Source: the human T2T-CHM13v2.0 reference genome, Homo sapiens
Assembly: GCF_009914755.1 (NCBI RefSeq)
Contig: NC_060938.1
DNA length: 64,000 nt
Direction: 5' to 3' (one strand)
The notes below the pieces were generated by a model, which ran no database searches, was not told the DNA's origin, and worked only from the letters and a program-made list of their open reading frames with translations. Positions 25,849 to 42,555 of this stretch are shown here, piece after piece; position 1 is the first letter of the stretch; each line of letters opens with the position of its first letter. A program made the translations under genes and the position numbers.

Positions 25849-26116
25849 TTTTTTCTTTCTTTTTTCTTTTTTTTTTGAGATGGAGTCTCACTCAGCCACC
25901 CAGGCTGGAGTGCAGTGGTGCCATCTCGGCTCACTGCAACCACCGTCACCCGGATTCAAGCACCCAGGTTCAAGCGATTCTCCTGTCTCAGCCTCCTGTG
26001 TAGCTGGGATTAGAGGCACCCGCCATCATGCCTGGCTAATTTTTGTATTTTAGTAGAGACGGGGTTTCACCATGTTGGCCAGGCTGGTCTTGAACTCCTG
26101 ACCTCAGGTGATCCAC
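25849..26116 (-). mobile_element. AluSx-like, 5'-truncated, with internal 14-bp duplication
   Basis: Poly-T, right arm, left arm ending at TGACCTCAGGTGATCCAC; CACCCGGATTCAAG/CACCCAGGTTCAAG at 25947-25974. Confidence 0.92.
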
Positions 26117-28599
26117 TTTTTTATTCATTTTATTTAATGCTGTATATTCTACAGAATACTGCTTGCCACATAATGGATGCTCACAGAGTTTTTGAATGAA
26201 TATTTAGCATGCTACCTGCTGGGATACATCTCCTGGTTTCTTTACCTGGGCATTTATCATCTACATGTTCTCTCATGGCTGATTTGAATGCAGAATGTTA
26301 ATATATATTTACATATTTGACTTTTGCCATGTCTTAGCCCACTTTCTCTGTTTGTATCTTTGAACGTTAACTCTGACATTGTTGGATTCTTCACCTAGTG
26401 TGAGTCTTCTGATAGAGAATGACAGTGCAGAACTTGATGCCAACTTGGCTGGCTGGCCCCATGCCCACTTAAGACTACTTCCTCGATATCCACTGATCTT
26501 CCCATAGCGTCAGTATACCGAGAAAGTGATGCTTTCTCTTTTGTTTTGGGGAAATACATATACGAGACATGGAGAGAAAAATAGGCATAAAAGACAGAAT
26601 ATATTAGAGTTAACCTCATGATAAAGTATAGAATATCCCACAATGTGGGGTTCTGAAGAACTCTAAGGGCAGACACCCATTTCATTTTGAGTATATTTGT
26701 CAGATGAAAAAGACAAATTTCATTTGACCATATTTGTCATATGAAAGAAATTTAAAATTTTCAAATAATTTTAGGATATTCACAAATTAATGGCTGATGT
26801 AAAACTGTTTTATTATTTTTTTCACTAATCCATTCCAGTGTAATTTCGTCTTACTCCTTTTCTTTTTGTGTCTTTCCTCCAAGTTACTAAAATTTTTTTT
26901 ATTGAAAATGAACAGTTGTTACCTTTAAATCTCATCTCTCCAGTGATGCTTGATTTGGGAGTATATGATTGTTTTAACTGATTTCATTTGGCCTAAAGCT
27001 TCCCAGTAAAATCTTTGGAGGAGGGAATTGCTTGTTGCTTTTACAGGATATTGTTAGAGGTAGAATTAGCCATATGATATGCTGATATCATAAAACCACG
27101 GATTCTAGAAAACACACATACAGATCAGTCTAATTTTTTAAACAGTCACATCTCATGTTGTAAATGAAAGACAGTAGGGTGACATACGAAAATCATATTA
27201 ATGGATGGTTTCATCTAATGTCTGTAGCCAGAAATTGCAAAGGAATTCAGTGACTGCTACATGATTAGCTGTGTAGAATGAAAATAACTATTATTTGCTC
27301 ATATGATTTCTGTTTAAGCAAGTGAAATACCACAGCTGGGGGATAATTGCTGGCAGGCTTTGCTGGGTGAACTTTAAATAAATAGAAAGAGAAAGGTAAA
27401 AACATTTAAAGGGAAATATTTAAATAATGCTTTCAAAGCAAATGCTGAGAAAGAAGGTATAAGCGTCCTGAAACATATCATGAGACCTTTATGAATTATT
27501 AAAGACCAAACCATAATGTTATCTTTTCTGTTAAAGATAATGCTAGTATAAATTGGGAGCATTTATAAACTTCTGTAGGATGGCAGACACAGAATATATA
27601 TCATAAAGTTGATTGCTTTTCTGAAATAAAATTAGTGGATACAGACAATTCCATAAATAATAGTATTTAATGACAATTTCTTTTTTAAATAAGTTTATAT
27701 CTCTGCAAATTTATTCCTAGAAAGATAATTTAAAATCTTGCTTACAAGCTGAAGTAGGAAGAATCACTAGGTACCCTCCATCAGGGCAATTTCAAATATT
27801 GTTCTTTTCCACCCACCAAGCCTGATTTAAGGCATTTAATCATGGGCTAAGAAGGCTGGATTTTTTTATTGTATTTTTAACTCTCCAATTTTGGATGTTG
27901 AAAACTAACATCCCAAAGAGGGGTTTGATCAAAATGAGAATTATAAAACAAGGAAGGATATTTGATTCATGTTATCTAATAATGCAAGTTTACACAATTT
28001 TAAGGCCCTTTCTGTATGTGAAACGAGAACCTCCTCTCTTATTTTCCTAGTGGTGAGAATGGCCCTCTGAAATGCCACCATTCTTTTAGCCTAGACACAC
28101 TTCATCCCTAGTGACAAAAACCTACTGATGTTTGAGACTCAGATATGTGTCCTTCCTGGGCACAGTTATAATTCTAACTTTTTTTTTGTTATGAGAAAGA
28201 ATGATCCCAGATTTGGGAAAATGAGAAGAGGGAACGTTGCTTAGAAAGCACATGCTGTGAGGACATGGTTATACCAGGCACAGGGAATTCGGGGGGAAAT
28301 GGAGTCATCATCCACAATCACTTGTTAATGTTCAACTATATACATATGGCACTCTTGAGGCACCGAGAGAGAGGGGGAAATACCTGCCTCTCTCCTACCC
28401 CCAATTGAAACAGTGAAATAACCAGAGATGGGTTATAACATTTTTCAGAGAAAGGTAGACTTAAATGGATTTGTAAAAATAAAATTCTTTGTTGGCAACA
28501 ATAAAGGAAGCTGTATTTATTTTAGGGCTGATTCATTTTTGTCACAGAACTATTAACTTATTGTAAAGATTTATTTTCTAACTATCAGTAGATTGAATT

Positions 28600-29510
28600 C
28601 TTGTCATCAGCAATTTGTAAAATATAGAAAACATAAAGAAGGAAATAAAAATCATCTTTGTCTTTTTTAACTTTTAAGTTCAAGGGTACATATGCAGGAT
28701 GTGCAGGCTTGTTACGTAGGTAAATGTGTGTCATGGGGGTTAGCTGTACAGATTATTTCATCACCCAGGTACGAAGCCTAGTATCCGTTAGTTATTTTTC
28801 CTGATCCTCTCCCTCCTCCAAACCTCTGTCCTCAGGTAGGCCCCAGTGTGCGTTGTTCCCCTCTATGTGTCCATCTGTTCTCATCATAAAAATCAACTTT
28901 AAACCCTAAATTTAGAGATAATAGCCATTAAAATTTTAGCCCATTTACTGCCAATATTTTTGAATATATATATACACAAATATATATACTTTGCACAGTT
29001 AAGATTATACTGTTTATGTATTTCTACATCGTGAAATGTTTTTATCTGCTTTATATTATTGATTTTTTTACATCTTTACTTACTTTCTATAAATACCATT
29101 TATAAAGGCTGAATAAATATTTCATCGTAAGTGTTAACTTAGCACTCCCTTATTATTGGATATTATATTCATTTAAAAATGTTATAATAAAATTTGTTGT
29201 GCATAAATATTTAGAAGTAGAAATACTAGTCAAAAAGATTACCTATTTTCAAAATTGTTTTTGAAATATCTATTGTCAAATTGCTTTCTGTGAGGATTAT
29301 GCCAATGTATGTTAACCAATACTAATGAGATTAATCTCATCACATCATTGCCAAAGATGAAGAGCATCATTAAGTGCTGAAAAGTCTTGTGTTTTTTATT
29401 GAACATTGTTGTCTATCAGTCACTTACATTTCTGTTTTGTGAATTGTTTATTCCTATTCCCTTTTTGTCTATTTGTTTATGAAGACTTTAATGTTTTTCA
29501 TATCAGGGAT
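28600..29510 (-). mobile_element. Ancient L1 (L1ME-like) 3' fragment hosting a younger L1
   Basis: AATTTGTAAAATATAGAAAA, AGAAGTAGAAATACTAGTCAAA, TATTGTCAAATTGCTTTC, TTTTGTGAATTGTTTATTC. Confidence 0.5.
28660..28885 (-). mobile_element. L1PA13-16-like 3' end insertion
   Basis: TTTTAAGTTCAAGGGTACATATGCAGGATGTGCAGG..GATTATTTCATCACCCAGG; 15-bp TSD ATAAAAATCA(T/A)CTTT at 28645 and 28886. Confidence 0.88.
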
Positions 29511-29689
29511 AGTAATTTTTAAAGGTAAAGTATTAGCTTATGTATTAAATTTAGTTTTAGAGAGCAGCTTCTAGGAATACATCTAGTCTGTTAGCCAAAT
29601 AGTTCAGCCTTTATCATCTTTACAAATATTAGGATGAAAAAATGCAGGTTGCAATGATCTTGTCATTCTGCTTATCAAAGGGCTTTAAT

Positions 29690-29860
29690 GGTGGTGGCTA
29701 TGATCCCAGCACTTTGGGAGGCTGAGGTGGGTGGATCACTTGTGGCCAGGAGTTCCAGACCAGCCTGGCCAACATGGAGAAACACCATCTCTACTAAAAA
29801 TACTAAAAATTAACTGGGCATGGGGGCATGTGTTTGTAATCCCAGCCACTGGAGAGGCTG
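29690..29860 (+). mobile_element. Alu fragment (left arm plus start of right arm, no tail)
   Basis: CCCAGCACTTTGGGAGGCTGAGGTGGGTGGATCAC..CTCTACTAAAAATAC..TGTAATCCCAGC, stops at GAGGCTGA. Confidence 0.9.
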
Positions 29861-30235
29861 ACCACATCTGGGAAAATCTTGCAGCTGGCTGGTGTGGTAT
29901 GGTTACTCCCTGACCTCAGTGGGCCCTCAAATTTTCCTACTTTCTGCAATGATTATTTCACATTTTCACCAACTTTTCTCAACTCTTTCCACCCACCACC
30001 TCCCTACTTTCTCTTAGAATATCACATTGTCTTCTGCCCTGCAGACAAAATAGAAGCCAGGGTAGTAGCTGCCTCAAATTTCCACCCCTAAATCTTAAAC
30101 TCACCCTTATCTAGCAACCCATTTCTTCTCTTCTTTGCTTCTTTTGTAGTGCAAAATGTATCTCCTCCTGTATAAGGCAAGCCCTCCACCTGTTCTCTCT
30201 TAAACCCTCCTGCCTGCAGGCACCTTGCTCTAGAG

Positions 30236-30418
30236 CAGTGGTGCTAAAGCATAAGTTTGCATCAGAATCACTTTCAGGTAGTTTTTTAAAACCCTGGGGC
30301 CCACCCCCAGAGTTTCTGATTTGGTTGGCCTGGGTGAGGCCAGAGAGTCTGCATTTCTAACAAGTTCTCAGGTGATGCTGACACTGCTTGTTCAATGACC
30401 ACACTTTGTGAATCAATG
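30236..30418 (+). mobile_element. MER5A hAT MITE
   Basis: CAGTGGT..GCATCAGAATCAC..CCCACCCCCAGAGTTTCTGATT..GCATTTCTAACAAGTTCTCAGGTGATGCTGA. Confidence 0.88.
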
Positions 30419-30420
30419 CC

Positions 30421-30917
30421 TGTATTAGGGTTTTCCAGAAAAACAGAAGCAATAGGATATACATATATAGAAAGAGATTTATTACAAGGAATTGGCTTAT
30501 GGCATTATGGAGGCTGCCATGTCCCAAGATCTGCAGGGTGAGTCAGCAAGCTGGAGACTCAGGAGAGACAATAGTGTAATTCTAGTCAGAAGGCTGCCAG
30601 GCTTGAGACCTGGAAAGAGCCAATGTTTCAGTTTGAGTCTAATGGCAGGAAAAAAACTGATATCACAGTTTGAAGGCAGGCAGGCAGGCTGGAGGAATTC
30701 TCTCTCACTTAGAGGAGGGTCAGCCTCTTTTATTCCGTTCAGAACAAAATACTGATTGGATGGAGCCTACCCACATTAGGGAGGGCAATCTGCTTTTACC
30801 AGGTTAGATATTAATCTCATCCAGTAACACCTTCATGGAAATGCTCAGATTAAAGTTTGACCAAATATCTGGGCACTTGTGGCCCAGTCAAGTTGACACT
30901 TAAAACTAACCGCCACA
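30421..30917 (-). mobile_element. ERVL solo LTR (MLT2B-like)
   Basis: TGTATTAGGGTTTTCCAGAAAAACAGAA..GAGATTTATTACAAGGAATTGGCT..CCCAGTCAAGTTGACAC..CACA. Confidence 0.85.
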
Positions 30918-30919
30918 TT

Positions 30920-32012
30920 CATAGGCATGGGCAAAGACTTCATGACTAAAACACTAAAAGCAATGGCAACAAAAGCCAGAATTGACAAATGGGATCTAAT
31001 TAAACTAAAGAGCTTCTGCACAGCAAAAGAAACTATCACCAGAATGAACAGGCAACCTACAGAATGGGAGAAAATTTTTGCAATCTATCCATCTGACAAA
31101 GGGCTAATATCCAGAATCTACCAGGAACTTAAATAAATTTACAAGAAAAAAACAAACAACTCCATCAAAAAGTGGGCGAAGGATATGAACAGACACTTCT
31201 CAAAGGAAGACATTTATGCAGCCAACAAACATACATATGACAAACATACAACAAACATGGTCATTAGAGAAATGCAAATCAAAACAACAGTGAGATACTA
31301 TCTCATGCCGGTTAGAATGGCAATCATTAAAAAGTCAGGAAACAACAGATGCTGGAGAGGATGTGGGTAAATAGGAACGCTTTTACATTGTTGGTGGGAG
31401 TGTAAATTAGTTCAATCGTTGTGGAAGACAGTGTGGTGATTCCTCAAGGATCTAGAACCAGAAATACCATTTGACCCAGCAATTCCATTACTGGGTATAT
31501 ACCCAAAGGATTATAAATCACTCTACTATAAAGACACATGCACATGTATGTTTATTGCAGCACTGTTCACACAGCAAAGACTTGGTTCCAACCCAAATCG
31601 CCATCAATGATAGACTGGATAAAGAAAATGTGGCACATATATACCATGGAATACTACACAGCCATAAAAAAGGATGAGTTCATGTCCTTTGCAGGGACAT
31701 GGATGAACCTGGAAAGCATCATTTTCAGCAAACTAACACAAGAACGGAAAACCAAACACCACATGTTCTCACTCCTAGGTGGGAGTTGAACAATGAGAAC
31801 ACATGGGCACAGGGAGGGGAACATCACACACCAGGGCCTGTTGTGGTGCGGGTGTCTAGGGGAGGGATAACATAGGAGAAATACCTAATGTAGATGACAG
31901 GTTGATGTGTGCAGCAAACCACCATGGCACATGTATACCCATGCAACAAACCTGCACGTTCTGCACATGTATCCCAGAACTTAAAGTATAATAAAAAAAA
32001 AGACAAAAAAAG
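30920..32012 (+). mobile_element. 5'-truncated LINE-1 (L1PA7/8-like), ORF2 C-terminus plus 3'UTR
   Basis: ORF fragments [40 protein letters not shown]; poly-A; degenerate 18-bp TSD at 30902 and 32013. Confidence 0.93.
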
Positions 32013-33286
32013 AAAGCTAACAATCACATTACCCTGTAGATAATCCCCTTTCTACTGTGTTCTTTGTCCTTGATTGTCTATCACATTTTCGCATTCACTA
32101 AAGATGCCCAAGCTTTTCCACCTGTATAAAATACTACTGCCAAGCCAAAATCTTCTTACTTTAAACTCATATTATCTTTTAGCTCTCTTCATACATCTCT
32201 CCTTCCCTTCACACCCCAAATTTAGTGTTCTTTTGGGCTGTCTCCTAGGCTCTATGATGTTCTATAAACTACGTAGGATTTCAGGCAATCTCGTTTACTT
32301 TCACTGCCTCAATAACTATTTATATGCTGATTTACCCTCATGTGTATCTTGGCTGAGCTTCATACCCATATATTCCAGTCTCTCTTGATATCTTATTTGC
32401 ATACTTTTTGTCAGGAGCCTCAACATCAGCTTGCTTATGACTGAACTCATCATCATTTCCCTTCTCCTCCCTCTTCCTATGAATTTGCCCCCATGGCACA
32501 TTTCCCTGTGTCATTAGGAACATTTAGTTTCCCCAGTTAAAGCCTTGGCAGTTATTCATCACACTTCTCTTTCCCTAATTTTTTATATCCGATTTATAAC
32601 AAAAATCTCATACATGATGACTTCTAAATATCTCTCAAACGTATTTATGTCTCTTCATTGCCACTGCCACCATCCTAATTTAGACCATCATTATCTTTTT
32701 ACTGGCCTGCTAAAAATCACCTCCTAAAATCACCTCCCTGCCTTTATTTCTTATTCCTCTCCCGTTCATTCTGTCTCCAAAGCCAGAATGATCTTTGATG
32801 TCACATATGATCATCTTTCTCTCATGCTTAAAAACCTCAGTGACTTCCATTTGCCTTTAGGTTAATGGCCTCACAACTTAAGAGCTTGAGATAACCTTAA
32901 AGCTTTTTAAGATCTGCCTAGCACTCTGGCAAAGAAAGATGCTGTCTGTGTCTCTTAGCTTTCTGTCCCATCAATATTAGGCTTCTTTTAGGTCCCAATT
33001 CTCAAAATACTCACCCTCTACTCTAGGCCTTTGAACACGTTGCTCTCTGCGGAAACAAGCTGTATCTCTCACCTCCAAGACTCCTGTATTTCCTCCCTTG
33101 GCCCTGCCCATATTATGATTAGGTGGGGTTGTTACTGTTTATGAAACTCATCTGTCAAATAGGGTGCCTCATTTAATCCTGAGAGGGAGATTGGCTGGTC
33201 TGAAATGAATAAAAAATGCGTGTAAAATATCCCACATAATGCCTACCATATAAGATGCTCAATAGATAGAAATTATTTTCTCTAAC

Positions 33287-33334
<48 letters not shown>
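33287..33334. repeat. (ATCT)12 tetranucleotide microsatellite
   Basis: 12 uninterrupted ATCT units followed by a short (AT)n. Confidence 0.97.
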
Positions 33335-33336
<2 letters not shown>

Positions 33337-33882
33337 TTATATATATATCTCACTTCTGTTGACATCAATCTCATCCACTAGTTTGGAAATCTCCAAATGC
33401 TTTTATTCCTTTCCAAGTCCTGGTGTCATGCTTTTAAAGATAGTAATTATAATGCTGACTTTTTAATTAGAATATTGATATAAAGAGGTATTGCCAATTC
33501 AGAAATGATTTTTACAACTTTTGTGGCCAAATATTTCCTTTAGAGTATTGAATCAGATTTCTGAAATGCATGGAAATTCATTCTTATTGACTAAGGCCTT
33601 TTCTTGGGCCATTAAAATGTCATATTTTCTCAGTTAAAAGGTACATTGGAGAGATTCAACATATGTGCCACATACAAAGTGGTTCTGTTTCACATCATCT
33701 AAAAACAGGCAAATTCATGACTTTAAGGCAGAAGACACAATTGTGTGATATAAATAGCTATAATTTAAGATTTCTATGTAGGTATGAATCATAATTAGTA
33801 ATCTACATTTTGAGACAGATGTATAAAACATTACTGATCTCACATGGGTACAGGCAAGATTTTACTCTTAAAATTTACTATT

Positions 33883-33924
33883 GTGCTCAGCTTTAGATAA
33901 AAAGTGCTCAGTTTTAGATAAAAA
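33883..33924. repeat. 21-bp tandem duplication
   Basis: GTGCTCAG(C/T)TTTAGATAAAAA x2. Confidence 0.9.
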
Positions 33925-35623
33925 GATGCAGAATGCCATTCATATACACGATTAAAATCTCCTAAGTGCCTAAACAGAATTCTCAGAACAAAAGAAACCC
34001 TGAGATTTTCTCTAGGCTGTGATAAATTAGCAAGTTGAAAAGTAAAAATCTCAGTAATACCTAGTATTAGCTCATAGGACACACAAATGGGTTGAGAAAA
34101 TTCACCTCTAAACAACTGGATTTTATTAACTGACTTGTACAGATGGATATAGGCATGGTGGATGATCATGTTAGCATCTCGGAAAATTCATATGCCACTT
34201 TAAAACCTTCTGGGAAGGACAAACCTAGAATTCTTGCAAAACTGCAATGACAGTGACATAGAAAACACGTATAAGATAAAGAAGCAACTCAAATTGTAAA
34301 GGGGAAAAATCTCAAGTCACACCATATAGACCAGGTCACGTGGCTCTACTATTGAATGATAATTTGACACTTGAATCTCCAGGGCACATTTCATACTCTC
34401 CTTTTAGATGAGTATGGTACTTTTTGCTCTACGCAGATATGTGAGCAGGCATAGTTCTCATTTCCTAATGAGCAACAGATTCTCCCAGTGCGTAAATTAA
34501 GCTCTTTTGGAATCCACTACCATGCCTCAAGGGTATTATTCAGTGCACTGAAGTAGTAATTTACTAAATGGGACCCTCATGGCCCAAAAGAGTTCACGCA
34601 GCTTCTCAAATGCCTACCTTAACCAGGCAATGGTTTATGGTCTGGAGAACCAAATGAGTGTTCAATTATACTATTACATTTAGAAAAGGAGACTTTTTTT
34701 TCCCCCAGAAATTTTAGCTCCACTTTATGCTTTAGTTGAAAGTCAGGTTATTTTTAACTTCCTTATTCCTACAAGAATTTTTTTCTCCCTTATATTTTGT
34801 ATTTTGTTTCATAGCATTGCCTAAGTAGCACTCTTCTCCCTCCAGTGAATGATTCTATTGAATTTTAGTTACTATGACTGTTCTCCTCATTGGCCTCATT
34901 TGAAAGAATGTTGGGAAAGGTAACAAAAATTGAAAAGCTTGCCACTTGGTCACATTCATTATTCTTCCAATTCATTTTCAATGACAAATTTTCTTCTTGG
35001 ACATTAAAAAACACTTTAAAATTTTGACCACGGGTGTATTGCAATATTAATAGTGCAGTACTTTTACTTTTTTATTTCAATAGCTTTTGGGGTACAAGGG
35101 GTTTTTGGTTATATGGGTGAATTGCATAGTGTTGAAGTGTGAGATTTGAGTGCATCCTTTACCTGAGTAGTAGTGTGCATAGTACCCAATATATAGTTTT
35201 TTATCCCTCATCCCTCTCATGCCCTCCCCCCTTCTGAGTCTCCAATGTCCATTGTGCCCTTCTACATGCCTTTGTGTACCCATACCTTAGCTCCTACCTA
35301 TAAGTGAGTGAGAACACACAGTATTTGTTTTTCCATTCCTGAGTTATTTCACTTAGAATAATGGCCTCCAACTCCATCCATTATGTTCTTTTTTTAAAAT
35401 TTGTTTTATTTTATTATTATTATACTTTAAGTTTTAGGGTACATGTGCACAATGTGCAGGTTAGTTACATATGTATACATGTGCCATGCTGGTGTGCTGC
35501 ACCCATTAACTCGTCATTTAGCATTAGGTATATCTCCTAATGCTATCCCTCCCTCCTCCCCCCACGCCACAACAGTCCCCAGAGTGTGATGTTCCCCTTC
35601 CTGTGTCCATGTGTTCTCATTGT

Positions 35624-39441
<3,818 letters not shown>

Positions 39442-39468
39442 TTTGATATTAGCTGGTTTTTTTGCTCG

Positions 39469-40521
39469 TTAGTCAATGCAGTTTCTTCCTAGCCTCAATA
39501 TTCTTTTCAATTTGGCATGATTTTGCCGTGGCTGGTACTGGTTGTTCCTTTCCATGTTTAGTGCTTCCTTCAGGAGCTCTTTTAGGGCAGGCCTGGTGGT
39601 GACAAAATCTCTCAGCATTTGCTTGTCTGTAAAGTATTTTATTTCTCCTTCACTTATGAAGCTTAGTTTGGCTGGATATGAAATTCTGAGTTGAAAATTC
39701 TTTTCTTTAAGAATGTTGAATATTGGCCCGCACTCTCTTCTGGCTTGTAGAGTTTCTGCCGAGAGATTCGCTGTTAGTCTGATGGGCTTCCCTTTGTGGG
39801 TAACCCGATCTTTCTCTCTGGCTGCCCTTAACATTTTTTCCTTCTTTTCAACTTTGGTGAATCTGACAATTATGTGTCTTGGAGTTGCTCTTCTCGAGGA
39901 GTATCTTTGTGGCGTTCTCTGTATTTCCTGAATCTGAATGTTGGCCTGCCTTGCTAGATTGGGGAAGTTCTCCTGGATAATATCCTGCAGAGTGTTTTCC
40001 AACTTGGTTCCATTCTTCCCATCACTTTCAGGTACACCAATCAGACGTAGATTTGGTCTTTTTACTTAGTCCCATATTTCTTGGAGGCTTTGTTCATTTC
40101 TTTTTATTCCTGTTTCTCTAAACTTCCCTTCTCATTTCATTTCTTTCGTTTCATCTTCCATCACTGATACCGTTTCTTCCAGTTGATTGCATCGGCTCCT
40201 GAGGCTTCTGCATTCTTCAGGTAGTTCTCGAGCCTTGGCTTTCAGCTCCATCAGCTCCTTTAAGCACTTCTCTGTATTGGTTCTTCTAGTTATACATTTG
40301 TCTAAATTTTTTTCAAAGTTTTCAACTTCTTCACCTTTGGTTTGAATTTCCTCCTGTAGCTCCGAGTAGTTTGGTCGTCTGAAGCCTTCTTCTCTCAACT
40401 CGTCAAAGTCATTCTCCATCCAGCTTTGTTCCATTGCTGGTGAGGAGCTGCATTCCTTTGGAGGAGGAGAGGCACTCTGCTTTTTAGAGTTTCCAGTTTT
40501 TCTGCTGTGTTTTTTCCCCAT
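39469..40521 (-). pseudogene. L1 ORF1 (RNA-binding p40), disrupted
   Basis: MGKKHSRK at 40521, premature stop at 40132, C-terminal part 39469-40002 (RATPRHIIVRF, YPAKLSF) reading through the normal stop. Confidence 0.95.
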
Positions 40522-40651
40522 CCTTGTGGTTTTATCTACTTTTGGTCTTTGATGATGGTGATGTACAGATGGGTTTTTGGTGTTGATGACCTTTCTGTTT
40601 GTTAATTTTCCGTCTAACACACAGGACCCTCAGCTGCAGGTCTGTTGGAGT

Positions 40652-40779
40652 TTGCTAGAGGTCCACTCCAGACCCTGTTTACCTGGGTACCAGCAGTGGT
40701 GGCGGCAGAACAGCAGATTTTTGTGAACCGCGAATGCTGCCGTCTGATCGTTCCTCTGGAAGTTTTGTCTCAGAGGAGT
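40652..40779 (-). promoter_or_regulatory. ~129-bp L1 5'UTR segment carrying the ZNF93-binding site
   Basis: Segment between GGAGT repeats (40647, 40775) that is absent from L1PA2/L1HS 5'UTRs. Confidence 0.8.
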
Positions 40780-41104
40780 ACCTGGCCGTGTGAGGTGTCA
40801 GTCTGCCCCTAGTGGGTGGTGCCTCCCTGTTAGGCTGCTTGGGGGTCAGGGGTCAGGGACCCACTTGAGGAGGCAGTCTGCCCATTCTCACATCTCCACC
40901 TGCATGCTGGGAGAACCACTGTTCTCTTCAAAGCTGTCAGACAGGGACATTTAAGTCTGCAGAGGTTACTGCTGTCTTTTTGTTTTTCTGTGCCCTGACC
41001 CCAGAGGTGGAGCCTACAGAGGCAGGCAGGCCTCCTTGAGCTGTGGTGGGCTCCACCCAGTTGGAGCTTCCTGGCTGCTTTGTTTACCTAAGCAAGCCTG
41101 GGCA

Positions 41105-41320
41105 ATGGTGGGCGCCCCTCCCCCAGCCTGGCTGCCGCCTTGCAGTTTGATCTCAGAGTGCTGTGCTAGCAATCAGTGAGATTCTGTGAGCATAGGACTC
41201 TCGGAGCCAGGTGCGGGATATAATCTCCTGGTGCGCTGTATTTTAAGCCTGTCAGAAAAGCGCAGTATTAGGGTGGGAGTGACCCGATTTTCCAGGTGCC
41301 GTCTGTCACCCCTTTCTTTG
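41105..41320 (+). pseudogene. L1 antisense ORF0, truncated by a CGA>TGA stop at 41177-41179
   Basis: MVGAPPPAWLPPCSLISECCASNQ*; downstream part visible in ORF 41186 (SEPGAGYNLLVR..IRVGVTRFSRC); donors CAG|GT at 41210 and 41295. Confidence 0.85.
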
Positions 41321-41602
41321 ACTAGGAAAGGGAACTCCCTGACCCCTTGCGCTTCCCGAGTGAGGCAATGCCTCGCCCTGCTTCAGCTCATGCATGGTGC
41401 GCTCTACCCACTGTCCTGTGTCCACTGTCTGGCACTCCCTAGTGAGATGAACCCCGTACCTTAGATGGAAATGCAGAAATCACCTATCTTCTGCGTCGCT
41501 CACGCAGGGAGCTGTAGACCGGAGCTGTTCCTATTCGGCCATCTTGGCTGTTTCCCTCCATTTTGTTCTTTTTTATGGCTGAGTAGCATTCCAAAGTGGG
41601 GA

Positions 41603-41672
41603 GATATATATATATATATGTGTGTGTGTGTGTATATATATAATATCACATTTATATATCATATATCACATT
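41603..41672. repeat. Compound (TA)n(TG)n simple repeat inside the L1PB
   Basis: GATATATATATATATATGTGTGTGTGTGTGTATATATA. Confidence 0.85.
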
Positions 41673-42555
41673 TTCTTTTTGATATAATGACTTCTTTTTT
41701 CCATTGTGTAGATATCCAGTAGTGAGATTGCTGGCTTGAATGGTACATCTACTTTTAATTTTTTGAGAAATCTCTGTTCTGTTTTCCATACAAGTTGTAC
41801 TAATTTACATTCCAACCAGCAGTGTACAGGCATTCCCTTTTCACCACAGCCATGCCAACATCTATTGCTTATTTGACTTTTTTATAATGGCCATTCTGGC
41901 TGGAGTAAGGTGGTATCTTATTGTGGTTTTAATTTGTATTTCTCTGATGATTGGTGATGTTGAACATTTTGTTCATGTGTCTGTTGCCCGTTTATATATC
42001 TTCTTTTGAGAAATGTCTATTCATGTCATTAGCCCACTTTTTGATGAGATTATTTATTTTTTTTCTTGCTGCTTTGTATTAGTTCCTTTAAATTATTGAT
42101 GTTAGTCCTTTGTCGGATGCATAATATGCAAATATTTTCTCCCATTCTGTTTACTCTGATGATTATTTCTTTTTCTGTGCAGAAGCTTTTTAGTTTAGGT
42201 AGGTCCCATTTATTTATTTTTGTTTTGGTTGCATTTGCTTTTGGGGTCTGAGTCATAAATTCTTTGCCTAGGCCATTGAAGTGCACTACTTTCTATACAG
42301 GCATTCTGCTATTGTCCAGCAATGACCACTTCAGAATTATTTTGAACTTTTAAAGGTTTGCCTCTGTTAGCCAACTCTCTCCAAAATCTTTAAAAGCACA
42401 ACTGAGAAAGTAAATTTAAAATTTTATGAATAATTGGCTAATCTTAAAAAGCATAACATTAGAATTTATTTTACTTTGCGTTTGAGATTTTGAATTTGAT
42501 CTATTTTTGGTTAATAGGACAATATTGTTCATGTAGCAAATTTAGGTGGCTAACA

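Larger units (their letters stand above)
29865..33060 (+). mobile_element. Fragmented L2 (about 29865-30228 and 32040-33060) split by nested elements
   Basis: Decayed RT motifs (ORF 32074-32388 NNYLYADL resembles NYHLYADD), GCCAGAATGATCTTT, CATGCTTAAAAACCTCAGTGACTTCC. Confidence 0.65.

Noticed and set aside
26395-26685. 96-aa minus-strand ORF with a few CpGs
   Set aside because: No known protein similarity in any frame, no good acceptor, no TSD or poly-A of a retrocopy
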